From the NCBI GenBank assembly GCA_965248915.1, contig OZ252216.1:153091-217090 (forward strand): a DNA stretch of 64,000 bases, given 5' to 3'. Below are positions 29,187 through 40,159 of the stretch, piece by piece (positions within the stretch are counted from its first letter, which is position 1; the number at the start of each line of letters is the position of its first letter). The notes beneath the pieces are model-generated. The model did not search any database and was not told the origin of the DNA. It was given only the letters and a program-made list of their open reading frames with translations. The position numbers and the translations under genes were made by a program. The stretch comes from Alphaproteobacteria bacterium (GTDB taxonomy: Bacteria > Pseudomonadota > Alphaproteobacteria > M2410).

Positions 29187-29573
29187 ATGACTATCGAACT
29201 CTTGATGTTGCTTTACAGCACAATTCTCCTCTTTGTTTTGATTGCGATTCCTGCAACGGAATCAATCCTCAAAAACGGTGTCGCCGCGCAAGCGAGCTCG
29301 CGTGACAGTTTGCCGGATCCAACGGTGTTTAACAAACGCGCCGTTCGGTTGCGTAACAACATGCTTGAAAACATGGCATTGTTCATTCCGCTCGTCGTGA
29401 TCGTCACGGCCGTCGGCGGCAGTTCTGAGCAGACCGCCATGGGCGCACAAGTCTTCTTCTATGCGCGACTGGCACACGCGGTTGTCTATTTGGGAGGCTG
29501 GCCCTGGATACGTCCGTTGTTCTGGTTTGCCGGTGTTGTAGGCTTGATCCTGATGGCGTTGCCGCTCCTATGA
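29187..29573 (+). CDS. MAPEG-family membrane protein (microsomal GST-like)
   Basis: About 130 aa with four hydrophobic segments. …FYARLAHAVVYLGG… is typical of bacterial MAPEG. AACGGAGG SD before the ATG at 29187. Confidence 0.5.
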   Translation: MTIELLMLLYSTILLFVLIAIPATESILKNGVAAQASSRDSLPDPTVFNKRAVRLRNNMLENMALFIPLVVIVTAVGGSSEQTAMGAQVFFYARLAHAVVYLGGWPWIRPLFWFAGVVGLILMALPLL

Positions 29574-29812
29574 GGTGAGGTGCAGCTGCTGGTGAAATGG
29601 GGAGTTTGTCCTCGATCACGTTTGTGGTCGGGGATTTTTCTTGAAGGCGGGATGAGAAAAAAGCTGGTCGATTTGTGACCGTCAAGCTCACTTTGAACTC
29701 AATTCACGTCTTTCTGATTTTGCTGCTGTGACGAATTGAACTATCTTCGTTTAGGATTCGAATGGCTATTGTTTTGGTCTATCGCAATACCAAACCATGA
29801 GGAAATGACCTG

Positions 29813-30592
29813 ATGTTCGGATGGGTCTCTCGAAAGATCTCCAATGCCGTCGTCTGGTTCATAGAGCGACCGCTACGAAAATATCAACCGTTCTCAGTTG
29901 TCGAGTCCGAACGGCTCCAACACTGCCTGGAACCCGGTGATGTCTTGTTGATTGAGGGCAATCAACGCATTAGTTCAATTATCAAATACCTTACGCAATC
30001 GACTTGGTCGCACGCAGCTATCTTTGTCGGTGATCAACTTAGCGAAGATGGTGATAATAATCCGCCCACACTTGTGGAAGCACGAGCGAAAGATGGGGTT
30101 ATCGCGGTTCCTCTGTCAAAATTTGCGCAGTTCAACACCCGTATTTGCCGCCCCATAGGATTGAGCGACGAGGACCGTGCGCAAGTCGTGCAATTTGCCG
30201 TCGATAGTCTGGGCAAGAAGTATGACCTTCGAAACGTTGTCGATCTATTTCGATATCTCATCCCTCATCCACCGGTTCCGGTCCGTTTCCGTCGTAGAAT
30301 GTTAGCTTTAGGAAGTGGTGATCCGACCCGAGCTATTTGCTCAACACTTATCGCTCAGGCTTTTCAGACTGTGCGCTATCCAATTCTGCCGGATGTTGAG
30401 GCGGTCGACGGTACTCAGTACACCAAGAAAGAAGTCCTTCACATCCGGCACTATTCACTTTTCGCGCCGCGAGACTTTGATCTCTCACCGTATTTTGCCG
30501 TTGTAAAACCAACCATTGAAAGTGGATTCGACTATAAAGAGATTGTGTGGGGAGATCGACAACGGCACGAGCAGAATAGGCAAGACGCCTAG
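29813..30592 (+). CDS. YiiX/YebB-like permuted papain-fold (NlpC/P60-superfamily) protein
   Basis: His-before-Cys arrangement (…[11 protein letters not shown]… then …[11 protein letters not shown]…) and a length of 259 aa. Confidence 0.45.
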   Translation: MFGWVSRKISNAVVWFIERPLRKYQPFSVVESERLQHCLEPGDVLLIEGNQRISSIIKYLTQSTWSHAAIFVGDQLSEDGDNNPPTLVEARAKDGVIAVPLSKFAQFNTRICRPIGLSDEDRAQVVQFAVDSLGKKYDLRNVVDLFRYLIPHPPVPVRFRRRMLALGSGDPTRAICSTLIAQAFQTVRYPILPDVEAVDGTQYTKKEVLHIRHYSLFAPRDFDLSPYFAVVKPTIESGFDYKEIVWGDRQRHEQNRQDA

Positions 30593-32019
30593 CACTCAAC
30601 GAGATTGACCGCGAGACCACCCTGACTGGTCTCCTTGTATTTGGTCTGCATGTCGAGACCGGTTTGGCGCATGGTCTCAATAACTTTGTCGAGAGAAACT
30701 GCATGACTGCCGTCGCCATTGAGTGCCAAGCGGGACGCATTGACCGCTTTGGCGGCTCCCATCGTATTGCGTTCGATACAAGGCACCTGTACCAAGCCGG
30801 CAATGGGATCGCAGGTGAGGCCCAGATTGTGCTCCATACCAATTTCCGCGGCATTCTCAATTTGTGCGTTCGTGCCACCAAGCGCTGCGGTCAAGCCGCC
30901 GGCCGCCATTGAGCACGCAACGCCCACTTCGCCTTGGCATCCAACTTCCGCGCCCGAGATGGAAGCTTTGTGTTTGTAGAGAGCGCCTATTGCGCCTGCG
31001 GTGAGGAGGAACCGCAAAACACCCTCATCATCGGAAGCCGGGCAAAATCGTTCATAATAAGTAAGCACGGCCGGAACGACCCCGGCGGCACCATTTGTCG
31101 GAGCGGTCACCACGCGACCGCCGGAAGCGTTTTCTTCGCTGACCGCCAAGGCATAGAGGTTGATCCAATCAAGAACAGTGAGAGGGTCTTTCAAGCCTTG
31201 TTCAGGAGTGGACGAAAGCTTGACGTGAATGGAAGGCGCGCGACGCTTCACGTTCAACGGGCCTGGCAGGTGTCCTTTTTGTCGACATCCGCGCGCGATA
31301 CAGTCGCGCATGACATCGCGGACTTTGAGGAGATAGTCACGGGTTTCTTCGGCGCTTCGCCATGCCAGTTCGTTTTCAGCGACCATTTCCGAGATTGTTA
31401 GACCCGTCTCTTGGCCGCGCTCAAGGAGTTCATCGGCGGACGAAAACGCGTGTTTGAGAACAACATTGTCGCCGTGGACAGGAACCCCGCCTATCTCATC
31501 TTCACACACAACAAACCCACCACCGACTGAAAAATACTCACGTGTAGAGAGGGACCGACCATCTTCAGCAACTGCCTCAAATCGCATGCCGTTTGGGTGC
31601 TGAGGCAAAATTTCTTCGTAGCAGAACTGGAGGTGTTCGCTCTCAGTAAAACGCACTTCCCGAGTTGCCCCAAGGGTCAGAGTTTCAGAGGACCGCACTT
31701 GCTCGACGATTTGAGAGCATCGATCTGGATCCACACTGTCGGGCAACTCGCCTGATAGACCAATGAGAATAGCACGGTCCGTGCCGTGGCCCTTGCCGGT
31801 TAGAGCCAGCGATCCAAAGAGTTTCGTGACGACGGCGTGGGTCTTGCTCAGCACGTTTTCGCGCCTGAGATCTTCGACGAACCGATGGGCGGCGCGCATC
31901 GGCCCAATGGTATGCGAGCTTGAAGGTCCAATCCCAACTGTAAAGAGGTCAACAACGCTCAAGCGGACGCCGCGTGTGGCATCACGTTGTTCGATGTGTA
32001 CATCCTCTTGATCGCTCAC
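30589..32019 (-). CDS. sdaA: L-serine ammonia-lyase (Fe-S L-serine dehydratase, single chain)
   Basis: …[22 protein letters not shown]… N-terminus and a conserved C-terminal beta-domain. 476 aa. Confidence 0.9.
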   Translation of the reverse strand: MSDQEDVHIEQRDATRGVRLSVVDLFTVGIGPSSSHTIGPMRAAHRFVEDLRRENVLSKTHAVVTKLFGSLALTGKGHGTDRAILIGLSGELPDSVDPDRCSQIVEQVRSSETLTLGATREVRFTESEHLQFCYEEILPQHPNGMRFEAVAEDGRSLSTREYFSVGGGFVVCEDEIGGVPVHGDNVVLKHAFSSADELLERGQETGLTISEMVAENELAWRSAEETRDYLLKVRDVMRDCIARGCRQKGHLPGPLNVKRRAPSIHVKLSSTPEQGLKDPLTVLDWINLYALAVSEENASGGRVVTAPTNGAAGVVPAVLTYYERFCPASDDEGVLRFLLTAGAIGALYKHKASISGAEVGCQGEVGVACSMAAGGLTAALGGTNAQIENAAEIGMEHNLGLTCDPIAGLVQVPCIERNTMGAAKAVNASRLALNGDGSHAVSLDKVIETMRQTGLDMQTKYKETSQGGLAVNLVEC

Positions 32020-32033
32020 CGGGATCTCCCTGG

Positions 32034-33059
32034 TTAGTCCCAGTTCAAAATGACTTTGCCAGATTTGCCTGACCGCATCGTGTCGAAACCTTCCTGAAAG
32101 TCATCGATGGAAAAGTGATGGGTGATGATCGGTGATATATCGAGTCCGCTCTCGAGCATCGCGGTCATTTTATACCAAGTCTCAAACATCTCGCGCCCAT
32201 AGATGCCTTTGACAACGAGCCCTTTAAGGATCATGTCATTCCAATCAATATTGATCGGGCCGGGCAATAATCCAAGCAAGGCAACTTTGGCGCCGAAATT
32301 CATCGTCCGGATCATGTCGGAAATTGCAGCTGGATTGCCAGACATTTCGAGACCAATGTCGAAGCCTTCTGCCATACCGAGTTCGCCCATGACATCGTCC
32401 AGACTTTGATTGGCAACATTGACTGTGCGTGTTGCTCCCATCTTTTCTGCAAGGCTGAGGCGGTAATCGTTGACATCTGTGATCACCACATGACGCGCGC
32501 CCACATGACGACAGATCGCGGTCGCCATAATGCCGATCGGGCCAGCGCCGGTGATCAAGACATCTTCACCAACCAAATCAAACGAAAGCGCGGTGTGGGC
32601 CGCATTCCCAAGTGGATCGAGAATGGCGCCAAAGTCATCTGAGATTTCTTTCGGCAGATGAAAAGCATTCACAGCTGGGATCACGAGATGGTCGGCAAAA
32701 GCGCCGGGTCGGTTGACTCCCACACCGACTGTGTTGCGACAGAGATGTCGCCGACCGGCGCGACAGTTTCGGCAATGTCCACAGGTGATGTGACCCTCGC
32801 CGGACACGCGTTCGCCGACACTGAAGCCTTCGACTTCGCTACCAATCTCAACGATCTCACCAGAGAACTCATGACCAACCGTCATAGGAACCGGAATGGT
32901 TTCTTGGCTCCACTTGTCCCAATTGTAAATGTGAACGTCGGTGCCACAGATTGCGGTCTTCTTGACCTGGATACGAACGTCATTGTGACCACACGGCGGC
33001 TCCGGGATGTCTTCCATCCAGATACCAACTTCAGATTTTGCTTTGACCAAAGAACGCAT
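32034..33059 (-). CDS. tdh: L-threonine 3-dehydrogenase
   Basis: Zn-ADH fold with [22 protein letters not shown] and GAGPIG motifs. Immediately downstream of kbl. Confidence 0.9.
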   Translation of the reverse strand: MRSLVKAKSEVGIWMEDIPEPPCGHNDVRIQVKKTAICGTDVHIYNWDKWSQETIPVPMTVGHEFSGEIVEIGSEVEGFSVGERVSGEGHITCGHCRNCRAGRRHLCRNTVGVGVNRPGAFADHLVIPAVNAFHLPKEISDDFGAILDPLGNAAHTALSFDLVGEDVLITGAGPIGIMATAICRHVGARHVVITDVNDYRLSLAEKMGATRTVNVANQSLDDVMGELGMAEGFDIGLEMSGNPAAISDMIRTMNFGAKVALLGLLPGPINIDWNDMILKGLVVKGIYGREMFETWYKMTAMLESGLDISPIITHHFSIDDFQEGFDTMRSGKSGKVILNWD

Positions 33060-33070
33060 GGAAAGTCTCC

Positions 33071-34261
33071 TTAGGAAATGACGCCGAGCTCTCGGCCAAC
33101 ATCTGCAAAAGCCGAGATGGCTGTGTCGAGATGCGCGCGTGTATGTGCAGCTGAAAGTTGTGTGCGGATGCGGGCTTGGCCCTTTGGCACGACCGGGAAT
33201 GAGAACCCAATGACATAAATGCCCTTCTCAAGCAATCGGTCTGCCATCTCTCCGGCCAGTTTGGCATCGCCTAACATCACAGGCGAGATCGGATGTCCAT
33301 TTCCACCCATTGCGAAACCGAGCGCGCTCATTTGTTCTCTGAAGTAGTCGGTATTGGATTGGAGCTGCTCGCGCAATCCGCCCGATGTCTCCAGCATTTC
33401 AAGAACTTTGAGCGACGTGGCCACGATCATTGGGGCGACTGAGTTGGAGAACAGATAAGGACGCGAACGTTGTCGCAGCCATTCGACAATTTCTTTGCGC
33501 GCCGAAGTGTAACCACCAGAGGCCCCTCCGAGCGCTTTTCCGAGTGTGCCGGTTACAATGTCGACCCGTCCTTCGACGCCACAAGCTTCCGGTGTCCCGC
33601 GACCGTTTGCTCCGACAAATCCAACCGCGTGCGAGTCGTCGACCATGACCATGGCATCGTATTTCTCCGCCAAATCACAAATGGCTTCAAGGTTGGCGAT
33701 GATACCATCCATAGAAAAGACACCATCCGTCGCGATAAGGCGGAAACGACAATCCTGCGAAGCCTTCAAATGCTCCTCGAGCTCGTCGATGTCGTTGTTG
33801 GCGTAACGCAAACGACGGGCTTTGCACAAACGAACACCATCAATGATGCTGGCATGATTGAGTGCGTCACTGATGATGGCGTCGCGGTCATCTAGAAGTG
33901 TTTCGAACAACCCTGTATTGGCGTCAAAACAAGATCCGTAGAGGATCGTATCTTCCATGCCGAGGAACTGGCTCAAGCGTTCTTCCAGCGCGCGGTGTGT
34001 CACTTGTGTCCCACAAATGAACCGTACCGATGACATGCCATAGCCATACTCACACAGAGCTTCACGACCGACTTCGATGAGATCCGGGTGGTCCGACAAT
34101 CCAAGATAGTTGTTGGCACAAAAATTGATGACTTCACTGCCATCTTCGAGCCGGATCATAGCTTCTTGAGGTGAGGCAATCACGCGTTCATACTTATAGA
34201 GACCGGCCTCTTTGACAGTCTCGATTTCGTTGCGCAGATGGTCCAAGAATGAGGTGATCAT
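33071..34261 (-). CDS. kbl: glycine C-acetyltransferase (2-amino-3-ketobutyrate CoA ligase)
   Basis: AONS-family PLP enzyme (…DDSHAVGF…GTLGKALGG…). Classic kbl-tdh pair. Confidence 0.9.
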   Translation of the reverse strand: MITSFLDHLRNEIETVKEAGLYKYERVIASPQEAMIRLEDGSEVINFCANNYLGLSDHPDLIEVGREALCEYGYGMSSVRFICGTQVTHRALEERLSQFLGMEDTILYGSCFDANTGLFETLLDDRDAIISDALNHASIIDGVRLCKARRLRYANNDIDELEEHLKASQDCRFRLIATDGVFSMDGIIANLEAICDLAEKYDAMVMVDDSHAVGFVGANGRGTPEACGVEGRVDIVTGTLGKALGGASGGYTSARKEIVEWLRQRSRPYLFSNSVAPMIVATSLKVLEMLETSGGLREQLQSNTDYFREQMSALGFAMGGNGHPISPVMLGDAKLAGEMADRLLEKGIYVIGFSFPVVPKGQARIRTQLSAAHTRAHLDTAISAFADVGRELGVIS

Positions 34262-34374
34262 GGGGGCACCCTTGTCGATGTGTGACAGTTATTGCGGCGC
34301 CCTCATAACCTGGCCAGGAAGCAAGGTCAACGACAGCTGGAAATGGAAGCTTGTTGACAGCTTGTCAGTCCAAT

Positions 34375-35400
34375 TCACTCGCTCTCGACAGGTCCACCAT
34401 TCTCGATCCAGCCTGCGCAATCAAGCGAGAGAGTTTTCCCCATCACTTCTTCGTAGAGTTTAAGGTCTTCTTCGTTGAGGACGTCTTTCCAGCGGCCATT
34501 GGTTCCCTTGTTGATAAAGGTGTCGGCACCCCCTTTGAAGCCGAAATCAATGCCGGGCCCCGTGACTATGTCCGGGTTCTTTTTCACGGTGGCAAAGGTA
34601 CAGGCTTCAACAATTCCCGGCCATTTCTCTTCCGGAATTTCGATATTCAGATAGGAGGCAACACGCTTCATTTCCTTGTCGAGGTCATCAAGCATGTCGC
34701 CGTAATGGAAGAACTCGATGTTTGGTAAGTTTCGGAATTCCCACCAGGTTTTGATGTGATGGAGGTGTGACCAATAAGGCCATCCATCGTTCTCCCAATC
34801 AAACCATCCTTGCGTCATCCACTTTTGCCAACTCCCATGAACATCGCCATCGTAAGTGGGCATTGGATCGCCGACGCGGTCTGGAATGATGTTCATGAGG
34901 TCCAGAAACTCCGGTGTATGATTTCCCCAGTGATTGAGCAATGACATGAACACGTCGCGCGGGTCGCGGCCAACAACAATGTACTTTGCTTCTGGATAAT
35001 AGGGCAGACCGTCGAGCGGGAGGTGTGACTTGATGAACCGGCGATGTGTTTGCGCTTCGAGAGTCCCCAACACGTCGTCGAGGGGGAAGATCCTCATATC
35101 GAGCCAAGGCGAAATCTCAGTAATGACTCCAGGTATTTCCCGGTCCCAAAAGATCAAGTAGGCCACAATCGTCTGCATCCAAGTCGTGCCTGCCTTGTAA
35201 GATGTGGAAATGATCACATCATCAGGACGAACCTTGAAATCACGCCACCGTTCTGTATCGAGGTGATGGTTTTGATAGATGTGGCGGATTTCTGGTTTGG
35301 ACTTGGTGGACACGAACGGGCCTCCGCAACAGGTGAATGTAAGAATCACTCTAAGGTCTAAGAAGCCGTCTGCAAAGGTCGCCGATCTTAACGGGGACAT
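34375..35400 (-). CDS. PAPS-dependent sulfotransferase (cytosolic SULT-like Sulfotransfer_1 fold)
   Basis: 5'-PSB motif YKAGTTW and 3'-PB motif RDPRDVFMS. The start is uncertain, since the N-terminal extension is long for the family. Confidence 0.7.
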   Translation of the reverse strand: MSPLRSATFADGFLDLRVILTFTCCGGPFVSTKSKPEIRHIYQNHHLDTERWRDFKVRPDDVIISTSYKAGTTWMQTIVAYLIFWDREIPGVITEISPWLDMRIFPLDDVLGTLEAQTHRRFIKSHLPLDGLPYYPEAKYIVVGRDPRDVFMSLLNHWGNHTPEFLDLMNIIPDRVGDPMPTYDGDVHGSWQKWMTQGWFDWENDGWPYWSHLHHIKTWWEFRNLPNIEFFHYGDMLDDLDKEMKRVASYLNIEIPEEKWPGIVEACTFATVKKNPDIVTGPGIDFGFKGGADTFINKGTNGRWKDVLNEEDLKLYEEVMGKTLSLDCAGWIENGGPVESE

Positions 35401-35480
35401 CTCCTTACTTCACAAGACGAATTTTATCTGCGTACAGTGCCTTTGCACCGCACAAGCTCGCAAAGGACGAAACAAGGCTC

Positions 35481-36569
35481 ATGTCTCTATCAAAGTTCCT
35501 GCAGATCTATGTTGTGCCAGGTGCTGTGTTTCAGTCGATCCTCGTTGGTGGTGGCTACGGCACCGGTCGCGAAGTGGTGGAGTATTTCACGCAATATGGC
35601 GCTGTCGGCGGGCTCATGGCCATCGCGGTTGCTTTTTCTCTATTTTTACTTGTCATCGGTTTGACATTTGAAATTGGTCGAAGATTTCAAGCTTATGACT
35701 ACCGCACATTTTTTCAACAGATCCTGGGGCGAGCTTGGCCAGCGTACGAAATTTTCGCGTTCTTTATGTTGATGCTTGTCTTTGCGGTTCTCATTTCAGC
35801 AGCCAGCGAAGTGCTCAATGATCAATTCGGTGTGCCAATACCTGCTGGCATGGCTGTCATGCTTCTGCTGGTTGGGACCTTGGAATATTTTGGCCGCGAG
35901 GTGGTGACCAGGGTGCTAACCTTTTGGTCGCTTTTTCTTTACATCGTCTTCATTGCGTTTCTTGTCGCCGTATTCTCACAGCTTTCTGGTCGAATTGGTG
36001 AGGCATTCGATGCCGGGGCCGTTGAGCCCGGTTGGGCGCTCTCAGGCTTCAAATACGCCATGTACAACATGACAGCGGCACCGATTGTACTCTACGTGGC
36101 GCGCGCGTTTGAGACCCGCTCCCAGGCGCTCACCTCGGCCGGGATTGCCACGGTGATTGCCCTTGCGCCTGCTTTGATTTTTCACGTAGCTTTTCTCGGC
36201 GCCTATCCCGAAATTCGAGCAGTCAACATTCCCGTTTACAGCATGATGGGTGATCTGGGCTTGGGCGTGTTGATGGTCTTCTTCACCATCATGTTGTTCG
36301 GTACGCTGATCGAAACCGGTGCGGGGGTTTTGCAAGGGATCAACGAGCGGATTGATACGCATAGAAGCGAACGTGGTCTGAAGTCCCTTAGCAAAGTCTC
36401 TCATTCTCTGATCGCAGTCGGCTTGATGAGTCTCAGCGCAATTCTGGCGAGTTTCGGCATTGTGGGCTTGATTGCCAAAGGTTACGGCACTCTGTCGTGG
36501 GGCTTCTTCGCGATCTACTTCATTCCGCTTGTGACGGTTGGCGTCTACAGACTCATGAACTCGAAGTAA
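35481..36569 (+). CDS. YkvI-like / APC-superfamily-like polytopic membrane protein
   Basis: About 11 TM segments. N-terminal …FQSILVGGGYGTGREVVEYF… resembles the YkvI-family GAGFASGQE motif. Confidence 0.45.
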   Translation: MSLSKFLQIYVVPGAVFQSILVGGGYGTGREVVEYFTQYGAVGGLMAIAVAFSLFLLVIGLTFEIGRRFQAYDYRTFFQQILGRAWPAYEIFAFFMLMLVFAVLISAASEVLNDQFGVPIPAGMAVMLLLVGTLEYFGREVVTRVLTFWSLFLYIVFIAFLVAVFSQLSGRIGEAFDAGAVEPGWALSGFKYAMYNMTAAPIVLYVARAFETRSQALTSAGIATVIALAPALIFHVAFLGAYPEIRAVNIPVYSMMGDLGLGVLMVFFTIMLFGTLIETGAGVLQGINERIDTHRSERGLKSLSKVSHSLIAVGLMSLSAILASFGIVGLIAKGYGTLSWGFFAIYFIPLVTVGVYRLMNSK

Positions 36570-37839
36570 CATCGTCTGACGACACGTCACTCTTCTTCCG
36601 ATGATTGGCAAGCGCCCATTCGAGAAATGCATGAACCGCATCAACGGTGTGTTCGGTTCGAATGGAATGAACAACCTCATAGGCATGTTGTGCCCAAGGA
36701 AGTTCAGCGTAGGCTGCTGGCGCGTTTGAGGATTGTCTGAGTTCATCAACAAAGTCCTGCGCACCCTCCACTGGAGCGAGGACGTCGTGTGTCCCATGGA
36801 TGACGAAGAACGGCGGCGCGTCTTCAGAGACCTGTGATATCGGTGAGACCAATTCCCAAAGGGCGCGGTCGTCTCCAGGCGAGGAAGGCATAACCGACTG
36901 GGTCAAGAAATCGATCATGCCGGGCCCATAGCGGCCTTCACCGCGATCGAGAAAATCGTAGATGCCATAAAATGGGACCGCGGCAGAAATGGATGTGTCG
37001 GCATTTTCAAATCCCGGCTGCAACACGGCCTTGTTTCCGGTCAGAGCGGTGAGGGACGAAAGATGACCTCCTGCCGAACCACCGGTGATGGCAATGAAGT
37101 CTGTATCCAGCCCATACGTGTTTCCATTCTCGTGCAGCCAAGCGATCGCGCGCTTCACGTCGATCACATGGTCTGGAAAACGAGCGTTGGGGCTCAACCG
37201 GTAATTGATCGCGACGCAGGCCCAACCTCGTTGAGCAAGATGCATCACTAGCGGCATCGCTTGCTGTTGCTTGTGGCCGACAACCCAGGCACCGCCATGA
37301 ACTTGTAGGAGAACAGGGCAAGGCGTATCGGGAGCGGGAGCGGGATCGGGGAGATAGATGTCGAGCGTGTGGCGTTCATGCTCATCCGAATAAGCCAGAT
37401 CTGCAATTCGTTTGACCCCTGGGCGTTTCATGGCGAAAGGCAGCAGCCACTCGCGAGGTGCAATTGAAGGGCGAAAGGTCTCACGGCGATCATCCGGTAT
37501 CTCTAGGCGAAACTCCTCTCCCAAAGCGTCATCAAGAGATTTGATCAGTACCTTCTTGTTCTCGTTGGCCAGAACGAAAACGACGCCAAGGCCAGCCCAA
37601 GACGCAAAAGAAATCGCCAAGCCCCATGATCCCTGCCAAACCTCAAAAACCCCAAAGAGGGCGAAAAAGAGGGTCAAGAGCAGTTGCACCGCGATGAAAT
37701 GCAACGGCATTTCGCTGGCCATCAGACTTAAGAAAAAGTAGGGGATGATCACCGGACCCGCCTTGTTATTGAGGCGAATGAGGGCAGTTGTGGTCCAGGC
37801 GGCGCCAATGAAGCAGCCAATCAAGTAAAGCCAAGCCAT
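36553..37839 (-). CDS. membrane-anchored alpha/beta hydrolase fold-3 esterase/lipase
   Basis: N-terminal about 120 aa with 3-4 TM helices. Then HGGAWVVG (HGGG-box variant) and GGSAGGHL nucleophile motifs. Confidence 0.7.
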   Translation of the reverse strand: MAWLYLIGCFIGAAWTTTALIRLNNKAGPVIIPYFFLSLMASEMPLHFIAVQLLLTLFFALFGVFEVWQGSWGLAISFASWAGLGVVFVLANENKKVLIKSLDDALGEEFRLEIPDDRRETFRPSIAPREWLLPFAMKRPGVKRIADLAYSDEHERHTLDIYLPDPAPAPDTPCPVLLQVHGGAWVVGHKQQQAMPLVMHLAQRGWACVAINYRLSPNARFPDHVIDVKRAIAWLHENGNTYGLDTDFIAITGGSAGGHLSSLTALTGNKAVLQPGFENADTSISAAVPFYGIYDFLDRGEGRYGPGMIDFLTQSVMPSSPGDDRALWELVSPISQVSEDAPPFFVIHGTHDVLAPVEGAQDFVDELRQSSNAPAAYAELPWAQHAYEVVHSIRTEHTVDAVHAFLEWALANHRKKSDVSSDDVTSSS

Positions 37840-37994
37840 GTGAATTGGAGACCTGTTCTTGTTGTTTTTCGGGTCAAATAAATCCTAGTTCAAAATGGAA
37901 CCCCTGGGAAAACATTTGATCATTCCAGGCGCAATGTCGCATGGTTGGCTGGCAATACTGATCCATGATGCATATTCCAGTGAAAGGGCTTGAG

Positions 37995-39233
37995 ATGGGT
38001 ACACTTGAGATCGTCAATGCCGAACTTCTGAACCCAGAGAGTGGCGACATGACAACCGGCGCCCATCTCGTCATTGAAGGCGACACCATTAAGGAAGTCA
38101 GCACTGGTCCCTCGAATGGAAACGCTGACCAAACCATTGACGCCAAAGGGGCCACCGTGATGCCCGGGCTCATCGACGCCCATGTGCATGCTTTTCTTAC
38201 CAGCATGGACTTGGCGAGCCTGTCGACCAAGCCCATGAGCCTTCATGCGGTTGAGGCGGCGAGAGCCTTGGAAGCGATGACAAAACGCGGCTTTACAACG
38301 GTGCGAGATGCGGCCGGTGCCGATTGGGGGTTGGCCTCTGCCGTCGAGCGCGGACTAATTGAGGGTCCACGCGTCTACTATTCAGGCCGCTCCATTTCCC
38401 AAACCGGTGGGCACGGCGATCCGAGACCCTTCTCTGAAGATCCTGCGGTGTGTGCATGTGGCGCATTTTCGAGCTGGCTGTCTCATGTGGTCGACGGCGT
38501 CGATGCCGTGCGCACCGCCGTCCGCAGTGAGCTAAGACATGGGGCCAAGCAAATCAAACTTATGGCCTCAGGTGGCGTCGCATCTCCAACAGATCCACTC
38601 ATGAGCCTGCAAATGAGCCTGGACGAAATGAAGGTCGCAACCGATGAGGCGAGAGATTGGGGCACCTACACCATGGCCCATGCCTATGCGCCGGAAGCGA
38701 TCCGGCGTGCCGTCGAGGCGGGCGTGCGCAGTATTGAACACGGCAATCTTCTCGATGAACCTGTTGCAAAACTCATGGCGGAGAAGGACGCCTTTCTTGT
38801 TCCAACCCTGGTGACCTATCACACACTTCACGAGTTGGGACGCAGTGCCGGATTTCCTGAAGTGAGTCTCAATAAACTGTCGAGCGTATTGGACGCCGGA
38901 CTACGTTCTCTGGAAATCGCAAAGGCCGCTGGCGTGCCTATGGGCTACGGCACGGATCTTCTTGGCGATGCGCACAGCCAACAGTGTCGCGAGTTCACAA
39001 TCCGCTCAGAAGTGCTGTCACCGCTTGAACTCATTCGGTCGGCCACTACCGTCAATGCAAATCTTCTCAATGAGACGGGCCGTCTTGGTATTTTAAAAGA
39101 AGGCGCCCTCGCCGACATCATCTTCGTGAGTGGAAATCCACTCGAAGACATCAATGTGTTGGCAACGCCGGAAGAACATTTGCGTCTGGTGATGAAGGCA
39201 GGTCGCGTGCAAGTCGATCATCGCGCCGAGTAA
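37995..39233 (+). CDS. metal-dependent amidohydrolase family protein
   Basis: …IVNAELL…VMPGLIDAHVHAF… HxH metal site. ATG at 37995 with an AAGGG SD; the track start is 30 nt upstream. Confidence 0.8.
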   Translation: MGTLEIVNAELLNPESGDMTTGAHLVIEGDTIKEVSTGPSNGNADQTIDAKGATVMPGLIDAHVHAFLTSMDLASLSTKPMSLHAVEAARALEAMTKRGFTTVRDAAGADWGLASAVERGLIEGPRVYYSGRSISQTGGHGDPRPFSEDPAVCACGAFSSWLSHVVDGVDAVRTAVRSELRHGAKQIKLMASGGVASPTDPLMSLQMSLDEMKVATDEARDWGTYTMAHAYAPEAIRRAVEAGVRSIEHGNLLDEPVAKLMAEKDAFLVPTLVTYHTLHELGRSAGFPEVSLNKLSSVLDAGLRSLEIAKAAGVPMGYGTDLLGDAHSQQCREFTIRSEVLSPLELIRSATTVNANLLNETGRLGILKEGALADIIFVSGNPLEDINVLATPEEHLRLVMKAGRVQVDHRAE

Positions 39234-39346
39234 GGCGCGGGCCTAAAGGCGTGACGTTGCTGCAAGCAACCACCTGGACTTGCTTCCCCAGCCGTTCTTA
39301 TAGTGGGGTAGCTGCTTTGTATCAGATAATCTGAGACACAGACACA

Positions 39347-40036
39347 ATGTCAGATGGCCCTGTAGAAATAGAAATCAGCAATGAATTCGCCAAAGCCGGC
39401 GTCAAGATCACCCTTGGTGCGATCACCTATTCGGTTCCAGAAGAATTGAATTCAGAGAAAGTCGAGGAAGCCTTCAACCAGGCAACAGAGAGGGCGGCCG
39501 CTCGTGTGGCTGAAAAGCGCTCCGCTGACTTGGAAGAGATCGCAACCACCAGGCAGGCGTTCAAAGCGCTCGGCAAAGACCCAAGCCGGTACAGACCGTC
39601 TTCCGAAGCGCTCTACCGTCGCATCGCCACCGGCAAGGGTCTTTGGCGCGTGAACGATATCGTGGATGCCAACAACATCATGTCCTTGGACGCCAAGTGG
39701 CCGGTAGGAAATTATGATCTCGCCAAAATCGAGCCACCCGTGAAGCTTCGGTTGGGGCGATCGGGTGAACCCTATGTCGGCGTCGGGCGGAGTGACATCA
39801 ATATCGAGTGCCTAACGGTTCTATCAGACCTGCAAGGGTCGTTCGGGGCGCCATTCTCAGATTCTGAGCGAACCAAAGTGACGCCTCAGACGCGTCATGT
39901 CATGTCCGTGCTTTATGTATACGGGGATGCACAAGGGATGGACGCATTGATAAAGAGGTCGGTCGAAACGCTCAAAAATCTGCTGGGCGCATCAAAGATA
40001 GAGGTCCAGACAGTGATCCAAACCGAAACACTCTGA
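39347..40036 (+). CDS. B3/4-domain (PheT B3/B4-like) protein
   Basis: …AFKALGKDPSRYRPSSEALYRRIATGKGLWRVNDIVDANN… matches the stand-alone B3_4 domain family. Confidence 0.5.
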   Translation: MSDGPVEIEISNEFAKAGVKITLGAITYSVPEELNSEKVEEAFNQATERAAARVAEKRSADLEEIATTRQAFKALGKDPSRYRPSSEALYRRIATGKGLWRVNDIVDANNIMSLDAKWPVGNYDLAKIEPPVKLRLGRSGEPYVGVGRSDINIECLTVLSDLQGSFGAPFSDSERTKVTPQTRHVMSVLYVYGDAQGMDALIKRSVETLKNLLGASKIEVQTVIQTETL

Positions 40037-40159
40037 CCTCACCGGAAATTCACCTGACAGGCAATCTGATTTGTGGCAGATTTCGCCTCGATTTATACGT
40101 GGGTCTCAGTCCAGATTCTCGAGACCTGTACAAAGACGACTATGGAGTAGCGCAGCGAA

